From: Takakia lepidozioides
Lineage: Eukaryota > Plantae > Bryophyta
Reading direction: 5' to 3'
Assembly: GCA_030704615.1 (NCBI GenBank)
Contig: CM060732.1
Location: 47,802,001-47,866,000, forward strand
DNA: 64,000 nt
A program made the position numbers and the translations under genes. The notes under the pieces are model-generated. The model ran no database searches. It was given only the letters and a program-made list of their open reading frames with translations, and was not told where the DNA came from. Shown in pieces: positions 25,607-38,446 of the stretch (positions are counted from its first letter, which is position 1; each line of letters starts with the position of its first letter).

Positions 25607-27112
25607 ACTTCAAGAGCCATGCTCAATCTAGGCTTGAGGTTGAAACCCCAACTCAGAACACGCTCTACAAGTGTCGGACTGTCACATAACAGCAGATCAG
25701 CCCCTTACCTTCTCTTCTAGTTCTCTAAAGCTTGAAAACAAAAAGCCCAATGGACTGAAGGCATGCTCCACACATGCCCACTCTCACCACAAGAGAATCA
25801 GCCCCTTTGCTTTCTTTCTTGCACCCACCAACCTGAAAATACAAGCTTCAGCGGGCTAGAAGCATGCTCCACACATGCCCTACAGGGAAACCAGCCCCTT
25901 CCTTCCTTTCTTGCACTCCCAAACTTGAAAGTACAAGCCTTCAACAGGCCGAAAGCATGCTCCATACATGCATTGCCCTCACATAAGGGAAGTCAGCCCT
26001 TCCCTCTTCCTTGCTTGCCCTCCAAGCTTGAAGATGGAAGCTTCAATGAGCTGAATACATGCTCCACACATGCAACCTCTTCACACAAAAGGTATCAGCC
26101 CCTATCTTGGCTCCTTGGCTCATTGATGCTCTCTAAGACAAGACTAAGCACTCCACAGCCTTTGCCAAGCTTCTGAAACCCTAAGGCTTACATTTCCAGC
26201 CACAAGACACTCCTCTTGTGGTGCAAGAGCTCTTCTTCCAAGCTCTGAAACCCTAGGTGTACATTCCATTGTCTTGCCGCACCTCTTAGCTCCTGTTCCA
26301 GCCCTGCTCTTGCCATGACGAGCCCTCTCAATGCTGAAGCTCGAGATTGAAACCCAATCTCAATGTACTCCACAAAGTGCACTGATTTGCCCCAAGCCAA
26401 ATCAGCCCTTTCGCTTGGTCTTGCAATCCTTCACACAATGAAAGCTCGCATTCCCAAGGCTAGTTCTCAGATTTGCCCCCAAAGCCACTATAACCTGCTC
26501 TTGACTGGTCTTCTTCCCAATCATGCTTGCTCATGCATGAACACAATCTGAAACCATCAAGGTGCTCTGGAATTACCTGCAGCATAGTGCTTTCATCTCT
26601 GAAGCTGAAGATCGAATGCCAAGGTCTACCACCTCGTAACCCACATCACCTCCGCTTCTAACAACCAAGAGCTCCACGGTGCTCCTTGCATAACAACCTG
26701 GTTTCTCTCATTCTCAAGCAAAAACCACAACTGCTACAACTAACTCGTATCTGGCACTCACAGATACGAGCTCATCTTTCTCGAGTGATAAAGAAGAAGA
26801 ATACAAGCACAAGCTCATGCGAGCTCACGAAGCTGAAGCATAAACTCATGCATATATAACCTCATCACTCAAATAGAAGTCAAGCCAAGTGCACCCCACG
26901 CCATGGGGAATCCACACTACGGTGCCATAGCTAGGCGCGGTGAGGCTCAACTCGAGAAAGATGAGCCTCCCGCGTTTGCTATGAAGATAACCACTCTAGG
27001 GCCTAAATCTGCCTTGACCCCTAGATTGACACTTGGGCCAATCCCAAATGTCAATATGTAAAAGCTAGCTATTTCCTAGCTAGTTTCACACTAGTGGTAA
27101 AATAACTTGACA

Positions 27113-29403
27113 GGACCATGATGCATTCTTTAGCGGGGAAGCCAGTAAAATATTGTCAGCCACGAGGAACTTCCACCAGCCACCCTCACGACCCATGAAG
27201 CGCGGAATCCATTTTGCCAAAAGGGCTGTTACTTGGGTTTTTGGATCAAGCACCCCCAGCCCCCCCTACTTTTTAGTAAGGCATATTTGGTTCCAGGAAA
27301 CCTGGGGTCTTCTTTGATGCGACGACGATTCAGCCCCCCAAACATAGTTCCTGAGCAACTTTATAATTTGTCTAATCTGTTGCTTGTTCGGCCTCCATGA
27401 GCTAGCATAGAACCAAATTCCAGCCGAAATAATTTGGTTAGTGGTGAGGGCTCTGCCTGTGATGGTAAGATGCTTTGACCCCCAGTGAGCCATCCTGTGT
27501 TTGAGGGTTGAGAGAATAGGCTCAAATCTCTGCTGGTCAGTGAGATCTATGCCAAAAGTGTAGCCCAAAAGCTTCGTGGTTTGTCCTGGTTTCAGCCATT
27601 TAAGCCCATGTTGGTGACCCCAGTTTGGATTGGCACCAAGGTCCGACTTAGAGAGATCACCTACGAGCAAAGCGCAGGTTTTGCTCCAGTTTACTTTGAA
27701 TCTAGAAGCGGAGCAGAAGATATGGAGTGTCTCAACGGTTCTGTCCAGGTTGCGTGATTGGGCTTGAAGAATAAAAGTATCGTCATCAAACATTGAGTTG
27801 ACCACTTGAGCTGGTTGTTGGGTGATGTAATTATTGACTGAGCCCTGAGAGTTGAGCCTTATGTTGAAGGGCATAACCCAATGCATCCGCTACTATAAGA
27901 AAGAGAAACGGAGACAATGGACAGCCTTGTCGAACAGATCTTTGTAGAGGGAAGGATTTAGATAGTGCCCCATTTACCACCACTCTGCTGGTGGAAGTAC
28001 ATAGCTGAATCTTGACCCAATGGGAGAAAGACTGAGGGAATCCAATTTTGTGCATGGCTGCCAACAGAAAAGACCATTCTACCTTGTCAAAGGCCTTTTC
28101 AAAATCTAAGAGAAGGAGAGCTATGGCTGGGTTTGTTTTTTTGGCATAACCAGGGATTTCATGAGCCAGAAGCAAGTTGTCCATGATGTAACGGCCCTTA
28201 ATGAAACCTGTTTGATTGGGTCTGATGAGAGTGGGCAGAAGGGGTTGGAGGCGAAGGGCTAAAGCCTTGGCTATGATTTTGTATGCTACATTGAGCAAGG
28301 TGATGGGTCTATAATTGGAGAGGTTGGTTCTATCACCCTTTTTGTACAACAACGTTATAATTCCTTGAGACATTGCAGCTGACATCATCCGCTGGCTAAA
28401 GATAAAGTTAGCCATTTGAGTGCAGTCTGCCGAGAGCTCTGGCCAGAGGGCTGTATAAAATTCCACCGTCATTCCATCGATACCTGGGGCCTTGTTGTTC
28501 TTAAGCTTATGAAGGGCTTCTTCCAGCTCCATGTCCGTGAATTCCCCCTCCAGACCTTCCGCAGAGGTAGGGTTCAGGTAGTGGGTGTAGTTTGCAAGCA
28601 GGCATTTTGCAAAGGGGTGGGATCGAGGCCTTGAAGGTCACTTTGATATAAGGCTTTGAAGTGGTTGGGAGCCAGCAGAGCTAGATCCTTAGGATTCGAG
28701 AATAAGATCTCTGATGTCTGGTCAGTCAGTTCTGTGATTTGTTGGGAAGCTTTCCTGAGCTTTGATTTCTCAAAAAAGTATTTCATCATCTTTTCTCCCT
28801 TCGTCGACCAGTTCACTCCAAGATGACTGAACCTGCATGCTGCCAAGCCTGGATAAGTCCCAGCTTGAAGGGGGGCAATTTAAGGAGGATACTATTGAGT
28901 TTGTACACCCCTCTGCCCCTACGCTGTGTATCTGGGATATTTATCTCCATTGCAATTGGTGCATGGTCGAATCCCAGAGGGAATGGCTGCTGCGGCAGCC
29001 TCTTGGACCATTGAACTATATCAAATGATATATAAGCTCTATCTAGACGTGCCATCTGCAGGTTGTCAAGGGTCCGATTGTTTGTCCATGTAAACGTGAG
29101 GTCATTGGGCTCGTGAGAGAGTGGAGTCGCTTCCACCAGGTTGTGGTTTTGAGTACAGATAGTCCACTGCTCTAGGTCCTCAGAGCTTTGGTTGAAATCC
29201 TGAGAGCCCCTCCTGTCTTGGAGCGACTCCACCATATTAAAATCACCCATCAGAATCCAAGAATCCACGTTTGATCGAGCCAACATTTTGTTTGACAATG
29301 CCTCCCAGAGGTCTCTCCTCTCTGACTGGGTGTTAGGGGCATATATGTTCAATATGCCCAAAGCCTTTATTGTTTGGGAGCTGCATTGAGCCGGAATAGT
29401 CAA
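27113..29403 (-). mobile_element. L1/Tx1-like LINE ORF2 relic (AP endonuclease plus reverse transcriptase), 5'-truncated
   Basis: Endonuclease: NIYAPN, ILMGDFN, FTW, ARLDRAY, DHAPI. RT: KAPGIDG, YRPITLLN..YKIIAK, LDFEKAFDKVEW, RQGCPLSPFLF, FDDDT (degenerate), KVNWSKT, VSWNQIC..K*GGLG. Several frameshifts. Confidence 0.95.
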
Positions 29404-29647
29404 CCATGGGGACTATGTGTATCTGCAGCAGACAACACCAACGACCTTGGATGTCACAGCAGGGCGTGTGATTCTAAGGATCAGGGAGGTGTTGCCTTCA
29501 GGAGTGTTGATTCTGGAAGGTCGAGATGGCATGGTATGGAAGGATCATGTGCGCAATTGTGTGCCATGTCACCTTCCACATGTGGATGGGAGGATAGATC
29601 CCAACCTTGCAGTGGTACCTACAGGGTTGCGTTGCATGCTATGTGGA
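29404..29647 (+). mobile_element. Fragment of a related Gypsy-like element (integrase C-terminus to PHD start)
   Basis: DYVYLQQTTPTTLDVTAGRVILRIREVLPSGVLILEGRDG..WKDHVRNCVPCHLPHVDGRIDPNLAVVPTGLRCMLCG is homologous to 42403-42637 but diverged at synonymous sites. Confidence 0.9.
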
Positions 29648-29649
29648 CG

Positions 29650-30443
29650 GAGGTAGGTTCTGTCCCTTTGGTTTCCGCTCAAACTGGGCGCGGGGTCAAT
29701 GGCCACAAGGCTACGGCAAACAACGTCTTATGAGTACATTCTCTCTCATTAGACCTGCCTTGGAGTAAGGATCTGCAATATGGGTTGATAACTCCAACCA
29801 GGCTAAGTCTTTAGAATCCATTCAAGTGGGGGTGCTTAAGGAGTGCATGTCAGCATGCTCCAAAATAGCAAATGTGGCTGTTCGGGGTGAGTTTGGCATC
29901 CCGTCTCAAACAGGTAAAGTCCTAGCAGAAGAGAGTAGAAGAGATTCTCAAGGATCTGGATCTGGATCTGGACCCGCAAGTCTTGACCCTGCTGGATAAA
30001 CCCGACTTAGAGGCTGTAGTGTCCAAAGCCATGTCTGTTGCCATGAAATTCCGTTGTGTGGGCAACTTGAAGACAATATTCATTTCCTGATTCACTGTCT
30101 GGGGTTTCTCTCACCAGAGAGACGCTCTCCTAAAATCTAGCAAGGGAATTGTGCCCCTACCTCCGTTTACCAACTTTGAAAGTCTCGAGGCTGAGCCAAA
30201 AGCCTAGGCCCTTCTGGGGCCTAGTTACTGGGAAAATCACACACAACAGATTGATGCTTGTGTGAAGGGATTTCTAGAGGATATCTAGAAAACCCGGATC
30301 AATGTTATACCAAGATAAGTCTTACTACCAACGTTAGCCCCTGACAGAGGTAGGTTCTGTCCCTTTGTGTTCCGCTCAAACTGGGCGCGGGGTCAATGGC
30401 CACAAGGCTACGACAAACAACGTCTTATGAGTACATTCTCTCT
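29650..30443 (+). repeat. Near-identical 97-bp direct repeats (29650-29746 and 30347-30443)
   Basis: gaggtaggttctgtccctttg..ttccgctcaaactgggcgcggggtcaatggccacaaggctacg.caaacaacgtcttatgagtacattctctct occurs twice. Confidence 0.9.
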
Positions 30444-31369
30444 ATCATACATCCAGGGTATTCTCACCAGAGAGTGATCCTCTTTAGGAACGTCAAGAAC
30501 ATTCTTCCTGCACCTCTGTTCACTTACTTAGAAAAACCTCGAGCCTAAGCGTGTTGCTCCCCTAGCACTGTAACTGCACACTAATACCATGTCACAGAGC
30601 TAGTCGATCAACGTCATGCTTTCTAGTATGAGGGAACCTGGGAGACCTCCTATCCAGTGGGGATCAGCCAGTGCTGCACACAGTCCTTCTCTGAGTCTCC
30701 CTTTGGAAATTCAAGACCCTTCAAATACCCTGGCGGTTTGAAACCTCAGGGGAGTAAGTTTTTGAGGCTACAACTGTCAGTGACTACACTCTCTCCCTTT
30801 TTGCAAGTCAGTGTGAAGTGAAATACGCATATATGTGTAACTAAGGTGATGGCTACTTTAGCAGTTCTGGTACAAGTGTAATGCCAGAACAATGAACAAT
30901 TTATCCTCTCTGATTGGATTGTATCTTTGAGACAATTTTTGGCCTACCATGGTGGATTAAAAAGCACATTTGACTGACCCTGGCAGCTTTAATGTCCAGT
31001 GAATTTACTCATGCAAGGGTCTGCTGTTTGTAAGGATTTTTTTTTCTCTCCCTCGTGCCCTGTATCTATTTTTATTAAGTCTTGCCACCAATTCAGCATA
31101 GAAGCAAGTGTTTTCTAATTGGACTATGAGTTGTCATTCTCGGCTACGTATGGTGAGGGGGTTGATTGATGCATCTTGTTGGATATAGCTGAATGAGGCA
31201 GGAATGGAGTGTGGGTGCAGATCTATTGTACAGCACCAGATTTCAAGCACAAGATTATCAATCAGCACTGTGGGTTGCTAGCTACAAGTTCCATGCATGG
31301 CTGGATGTGATTAGAAGCAGACACCTCCACTATGACCACTGCTTTTGAAAGAGGAAGTCCACAATAACT

Positions 31370-32902
31370 CAAGACTTATGTCTATCTCTTGCAGGAATGC
31401 ATCAAGATGAAAGAGCTACCAGAGGCAAAGTACCTACATTATCAAGCCAAACATATTTCTATATAACAGCCAATCAACATGTATGCCAACTGCGGGAGTG
31501 AACGAGATATTTTTACAGGGAATATAATGATGGCTGGATATGCCAATCGTAGGTATTGCAGGGAAGCTTTGAAGGTCTATGAGCAAATGATATGGGAAGG
31601 CGTGTCACCTGACCGGGTCACATTTGTCACTGGTCTTAGGGTGTGTGCCAGCCTAGGAGCCCTAGAGAAGGGCAAACGGGTCCATGCTGACATCATCAAA
31701 TCTAGAATTGCACCAGATATCATGCTGGACAATGCTTACTTGCCACGTCTATCAAATGCAGGAGCATAGAAGATGCACATCGAGTTTTAAGCAAGATGGC
31801 TCAATGAAAAATGGTTTCGTGGAGTGCAATGACTGCAGGATGTCCTCAACATGGTGGTAGGTAGGCTTTTGAAACGTATAGAGGACACGATGGGGGTAAG
31901 GTCACGTTCATGTGTTAATGCGTGTATCAGTTTGGCAGCCCTGGAATTGACTCTCACATCATCAAAAGTGGAGCTGAGCCTAGTATCATTCTGGATTATA
32001 TCCTTGTCGACATGTATGCCAAATGCGGGAACATCAGGATTGCATGGCAAGTCTTCGACAGTATGGCTGAATGAGATGTGGTCTAATGGAATAGGATGAT
32101 GACAAGATATGCTCAGCATGGGGGTGGTAGGGAGGCTTTGGAGACCTATGAGCAGATGAAACAGCCTAGGGTGACACCCAACCAGGTCACGTTCGTTTGC
32201 ACTCTTCATGCATGTGTGAGCCTTACAGCTCTGGAGAAGGGCGAATCGGTCCATGCTGACATCATCAAAGCTGGAATTACATCAACTGTCATGATAGACA
32301 ATAGACACTACCCTTTGTCATCATGTGTGCCAAATGAAGAAGCATGAAGTATGAAAATCTCGTGTTTGAATATGGCTCAACAAGATATAATCTCATAGAG
32401 TACAATAATGCCCAATGGGGGTCTGGTCGGGAGGCTTCGGAGACCTACAAGGAAATGATACGAAAAGGGGTGACACAGGTGCTCAATGCATGTGCCAACC
32501 TGGCAGCTTGGAGAAGGGCAGAGAGATTCATGCTGACAGTATCAAAGCTGGGATTAACGACGATATCATTTTGTACACAGCCCTTGTCAATATGCGTCAA
32601 TATGTACATGAAATGTGGGAACATGAAGGATGCACATAGAGTTCTCAACAATGTAGCTGAAGTCTCTTGGAACACGATCATATGCGCAAAGTGGGTATGG
32701 TTAAGGGCCCTGGAATTTTTTGAACAAATACAACAGGAAGGGTTGAAGCCGAATGGGATCACTGTCATGTTCTCTCTGCACGCAACCATGTAGGCCTAGT
32801 GTATAAAAGCAGGTATTACTTCGATTCCCTAACTCAAGTTCATGCCTACATAGAAGCTTTTTGGCTGCATCGTGGACTTTCTTGACCATGCAGGGCAATT
32901 GG
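31370..32902 (+). pseudogene. PLS-class PPR pseudogene, N-terminal and repeat part
   Basis: TYVYLLQEC.., MYANCG..MMAGYA..EALKVYEQM..EGVSPDRVTFV..LRVCASLGALEKGKRVH and further frameshifted P/L/S repeats, ending VDFLDHAGQLD (cf. VDLLGRAGxLD). Confidence 0.9.
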
Positions 32903-33822
32903 ATGCTTGAGGCGTGCATTGTAAGTGAGTTTGATGTGATTATTCATGCATTATTAAGCTTTAGGTTGATTGATGGGTGCAGATTGCGGCTCTCTTCTAC
33001 ACACTGAAGCACTCTCAAACAATCGAGAATCAAGCAAGTAAGATTTGATTCTTTGGCACACTTACATGTTCTTTTTTTGCTCTTTCACACAATGGATAAG
33101 GAAACTATTCCTAATCAGAAGGGAAACCATGAGTGGATAGAATCCATGATCGTGGTTTGGTAATGGAAGCAATATCACAATGGAAGAATATTTTTAAATA
33201 ATATCTCAAGCCAAGATCCTAAAAAAATGACATGGAAATTGCCTCCATCAACAGGAAAAAACACTTATGCTTGGTGTGCTTTCTTCCATGGCTCCCAATT
33301 GAGTATAACATGTCTCCATCACATTATACAAGGAATTCATGATCAAGGTTTCTAGCTATTACACATAGAGAGGCTTCTCCATAGACAGGCTTCTCTTTGG
33401 AGTATGTTAGAGATAGAGAATTCATGATCAAGGTTTATAGCTAATACACATAGAGAGGTTTCTTCATAGAGAGGCTTCCTTTTGGAGTATGCTAGAGAGG
33501 GAGACATATACCTATTACACATATAAACTGGCACTAGTATACAAGGTTTGTGTCCAAAAAGCATTTTACAGGGGATTCATGATCAAAGTTTCCATATTAT
33601 ATATAATGCATAGTTGAGTGTATGGGAGAGGCTTCTTTATGGAGCATGCTAGAGAGGGGTACTATAGATTTGTTGAACGTGGAAATTGTCATACTGTAGG
33701 GTATTTGTTAATACAAACTACTTCATAGGTTCAATCCATCATCATAGTTTCCATGGTATACATTTGGGTGTAGGGATGTGATAGGCTACTAGGAGTTTGC
33801 TAAAGAGATAGAGTGTAGATTT

Positions 33823-34148
33823 TGTCAAGTTATTTTACCACTAGTGTGAAACTAGCTAGGAAATAGCTAACTTTTACATATTGATATTTGGGATTGGCCC
33901 AAGTGTCAATCCAGGGGTCAAGGCAGATTTAGGCCCTAGAGTGGTTATCTTCATGGCAAGCGCGGGAGGCTCATCTTTCTCGAGTTGAGCCTCACCGCGC
34001 CTAGCTATGGCGCCGTAGTGTGGATTCCCCATGGCGTGGGGTGCACTTGGCTTGACTTGTATTTGAGTGATGAGTTTATATATGCATGAGTTTATGCTTC
34101 AGCTTTGTGAGCTCGCATGAGTTTGTGCTTGTATTCTTCTTCTTTATC
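33823..34148 (+). repeat. Terminal repeat A1 (copy A2 at 43206-43532; third copy inverted, ending at 27112)
   Basis: A1 and A2 differ by about 10 substitutions and 1 indel by eye. Contains a TATA-like tttatatat near 34076. Confidence 0.95.
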
Positions 34149-35679
34149 ACTCGAGAAAGATGAGCTCGTATCTGTGAGTGCCAGATACGAGTTAGTTGTA
34201 GCAGTTGTGGTTTTTGCTTGAGAATGAGAGAAACCAGGTTGTTATGCAAGGAGCACCGTGGAGCTCTTGGTTGTTAGAAGCGGAGGCGATGTGGTTACGA
34301 GGGGTAGACCTTGGCATTCGATCTTCAGCTTCAGAGATGAAAGCACCATGCAGGTAATTCCAGAGCACCTTGATGGTTTCAGATTGTGTACATGCATGAG
34401 CAAGCACGATTGGGAAGAGGACCAGTCAAGAGCAGGTATAGTGGCTTTGGTGGCAAAGCTGAGAACTGGCCTTGGGAATGCGAGCTTTCATTGTGTGAAG
34501 GATTGCAAGACCAAGCGAAAGGGCTGATTTGGCTTGGGGCAAATCAGTGCGCTTTGTGGAGTATGTTGAGAGTGGGTTTCAATCTTGAGCTTCAGCATTG
34601 AGGGGGCTCTTGTCATGGCAAGAACAGGGCTGGAACAGGAGCTAAGACGTGCGGCAAGGCCATGGAATGTGCACCTAGGGGTTTCAGAGCTTGGAAGAAG
34701 AGCTCTTGCACCACAAGAGGAGTGTCTTGTGGCTGGAAATGTAAGCCTTAGGGTTTCAGGAGCTTGGCAAAGGCTGTGGAGTGCTTAGTCTTGTCTTAGA
34801 GAGCATCAAGAGCCAAGGAGCCAAGATAGGGGGCTGATACCTCTTGTGTGAAGAGGTTGCATGTGTGGAGCATGTATTCAGCTCATTGAAGCTTCCATCT
34901 TCAAGCTTGGAGGGCAAGCAAGGAAGAGGGAAGGGCTGACTTCCCTTATGTGAGGGCAATGCATGTGTGGAGCATGCTTTCGGCTTGTTGAAGGCTTGTA
35001 CTTTCAAGTTTGGGAGTGCAAGAAAGGAAGGAAGGGGCTGGTTTCCCTGTAGGGCATGTGTGGAGCATGCTTCCAGCCCGATGAAGCTTGTATTTTCAGG
35101 TTGGTGGGTGCAAGAAATGAAGCAAAGGGGCTGATTCTCTTGTGGTGAGAGTGGGGCATGTGTGGAGCATGCCTTCAGTCCATTGGGCTTTTGTTTTCAA
35201 GCTTTAGAGAACTAGAAAGAATGTAAGGGGCTGATCTGCTCTTATGTGACAGTCCGACACTTGTAGAGCGTGTTCTTAGTTGGGGTTTCAACTCAAGCCT
35301 AGATAGAGCATGGCTCTTGAAGTGGCAGATAGGGGGATGGAATAGACTCTAAAACAGATGCTATGGCCAAGGAAACGCTGGAATGAGTGCTCACAAGGGC
35401 TGGAAACCACAAGGCTTGGTTGTTTGCCATTGAGTTTAGTGGCGTGTTTGGGGAGTCTGAGTGAGAAAGAAGGCTTGGTTGTGGCAACCATCTTCCTCAT
35501 GGCTTAGGGCTACTATGGTGGTGTGTGGGAGCCGAAAGAGCAAGAATACCTTGCTGATTTCTTCACAGCCGCCATAGCTCGGTGCAAAGAAGCCTAGAGT
35601 CCAAGAGACACAAACCCTAGCTTGGCGTGGCTAAACCCCTTGGAGAAATGGCTAAACTGCCATGAGTGGCCATGGATGG

Positions 35680-36200
35680 GGCCTGTGGCTGTGGCTGTGG
35701 CCTGTGGCCTGTGGGGCTGTGACGGGCCGGGCCGGGCTGTGACACTGTGAGGCCACACCCTGTGAGGGGCTATGACAGGCTAGGGCCTGTGGGGCTGTGA
35801 TGGGCTGAGGGGCCTGTGAGGGGCTGTGACCCTGTGAGGGCTGTGACAGGTGTGTGGCTGTGAGGGGCTGTGAAGGGCTGTGACGGGTGTGAGGGGCTGT
35901 GACCCCTGTGACCGCCCGCTGTGACCTGAGGGGCACTGTGACAGGTTGTGGCCTTTGGGGCTGTGACCCTGTGACCTTTGTAGGGTTGTGACAGGCTGTG
36001 CCTGTTTGGGGTTGTGATGGGCTGTGACAGGCTGTGACATGTGGCCTTTGGGGTTGTGGGCTGTGATGCTGCCTGTGGGGCTGTGACCTGTGACCCCTGT
36101 GTAGGGCTGTGACAGGCTGTCTGTGGGGCTGTGATGGCTGTTGTGGGCCTGTGCTGGTCTGTGGTGGCCTGTGCTGACTCGTGGACGGCCTGTGCTGACT
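35680..36200. repeat. Low-complexity ggctgtga tandem array in the retroelement leader
   Basis: Reverse-complement counterpart of 25060-25606 with a different unit arrangement. Confidence 0.9.
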
Positions 36201-36879
36201 CGTGGAGGCACTGGTGGACTGCCTAAGGACTGGCATGTGGTCTTGAAGGCCAAATTTTGAAGCTCGTGGAGGGCGGTTTGAGGAGTATCTTCATGATATT
36301 CCCATGGTCATGCAAGTGAGGGAAAAGAGGAGAGGAAGAGTGTTGGGATGAGGGCATGCTGGGGTTAGGCATTGCTTTAGCTTCTCTTCCTCGTAGTTTC
36401 CACCCTCTCATTAGGCCAAGACCTTTCCGTAGGTGGAGGCAAGAGTCAGTCCGGGTTTGGGCTGGGGTGTCCTTGCAGGAGCAACACCGTGGAGTTGTTT
36501 TTGGTGTGGGGGAGTTGTCGTTCTGATTTCTTGTGTTTGGATCCCCTCCATACCTGCATGCTTGACTGTGCGCCATGCTAGTTTTGTGTGGGCGCTTGTT
36601 TTTATAGGTGATTGGTCCGGATTTGATCTCATCGGCCAGTCCTAGAGCATGTTGTCGATGGTGAGGCTGGGGTGATGACCAGCCAGACCATCATTGTTTC
36701 TCCTGTGAGGTTGGAGGTGATGACCAGCCAACCATAGGAGTGCTTTGGTGGATGCAGGTACAGGTGTAGGCTATGTTAGGAACTTAGTATTCCAAACCAT
36801 AAGCCGCAACAGGTTCTCTACCCGGTTACCTTGTGGAGAGGGGGTTAGGGACATGTTCATGACCGGTTGAGTGTCAACA

Positions 36880-38446
36880 CGGAGTACCACTAGTTGCTGG
36901 GGACAGTGCCGGTTCGAGCACTAGCGATACTAGTGGGTACACGAGACGAGGTGTGCGGTTTAGGCCACCTTCACCTCCTGTGTCTTCTACGGAAGGTTCT
37001 GATTCGGATTGTGAATCAGGAGGACTCATACCGGCGGTGCAAGTTGTTTCCTTGCCATTGTTGTGGGACACAATGGAGGAGATGTATGGAGCTACCAAGG
37101 GGCCACGAAGGTACTCTGGGGCGGTGGGCACCATCGAGTTGGATGATTTTATCCAAGAGTTTGATAGTTGGTGTGATTTGCAGCAAATGCGCAATCCACA
37201 ACTATTTACGCCTTTCATGGCATGGAAGGGGCTGTTTCAGCACCTTGAGGGGCCGCCTATGGATGATTACCATGAGTTCAGGTGGGGGCATGAGGTTGAG
37301 ATCGAGGAGTGGAGGATGTACTGGTCACCCGACTATGTCTCCATCACTAGGGGCACTAGAGCCATGAGGGCAGCTACACCTGCCGCTGCACCGGCAGCTT
37401 CAGCAAGCAGCAGTGGGGGGGACTGGTGGTACCGTAGCTACGACGTCCACCCAAGCCACTACCGCACCAGCACTAGTACCCGTGCCTGCCTTCAACCCTG
37501 TTGTGGAGTTCTTCGAAGAGTTGAGAGGGAACTACCAAGGGTGAGGACAGAGAAGTTGCGGAGCTTGCAAGAGTTCCAACGGAAGCCGACTGAGAGCTTG
37601 AGGGAGGCTTTCACTCGCATGAGGCGCTTGATAAATGTAACCCAGGGGTTACGGAAGCTCAGGCAGTCCAATTCTGGTATGGGATATTGGACAAGGAGCT
37701 GAGGAGAAGGGTGCGGGATGCAACTCTCCTACAAGCGGCCCAACCCACCTTAGCAAATGTTTTTGCTGGCAGAGCGGATAGAGCTCAACATGGTGGAGGA
37801 ACGAGTGGTCATGGTGGGATTTGCTAAGGAGACACCACGGGGTAGTGGTGCTCCTAGCCAACCACTACCTCAACGTGCTCAAGGCAACAAGGGGGCTCAG
37901 GTGAAGCTCAGGGAAGGGCAGAGAGGACCTCAGATGCAGGGGTCTCTCCTTCATTTGCAAGCCAACAACGGGCGGATGTGGTGTGTTGGACATGTGGAGG
38001 ACCCCATGTCAAGAAGGATTGCCCAGAGGGAGGCAAAGGGCCGGCACATGCACAGCCTGCACAGTTGCAGTGTGGGGCATTGTGGCAAGCACGGGCATGG
38101 AGAGGCCCAGTGTTATGGTTTGCATCCCGAGTTGCGCCCAGGCCAGTTCCAAGGGAACAATGGTGGCCGGGGGCGAGGGGAGCAGCCCAAAGAGGACGAG
38201 GTGGCCAGGCACGGGTGTAGGCCAAGGGCAAGCTCAACATGGCCAAGGACGCGGAGGTCAGGTGTTGACCAAGGCATGGCCAACCGGCTTCAGCAGCTAG
38301 AGCAGAGGCTCGCTGCCATGGCTACAGCTCAGGTGGTACCGGCTCCAAGGCCGGATGGTCCACCTCCTGCTCCTGAGGGAGGAGATATGGGAGCTATGGG
38401 ATTCATGTGCGGAGCAGCACTACCACTAGTGCACACGAGTTCCTGA
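36880..38446 (+). pseudogene. gag with two zinc knuckles (frameshifted)
   Basis: Capsid-like segment as in copy 1, plus knuckles CWTCGGPHVKKDC and CGHCGKHGHGEAQC. Confidence 0.85.

Larger units (their letters stand above)
22141..27112 (-). mobile_element. Truncated copy of the DNMT-carrying Gypsy-like retroelement (repeat A, leader, partial gag, methyltransferase)
   Basis: Reverse complement aligns with 33823-40915. It begins at the identical terminus TGTCAAGTTATTTT (27112). A deletion at about 23380 removes the knuckle and protease region, and everything after the methyltransferase is missing. Confidence 0.95.

Noticed and set aside
25025-25689. Pro/Ser/His/Thr-rich ORFs in all three frames (also 35652-36253)
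   Set aside because: They are by-products of a stop-poor tandem array, and the frames are not conserved between the two copies.
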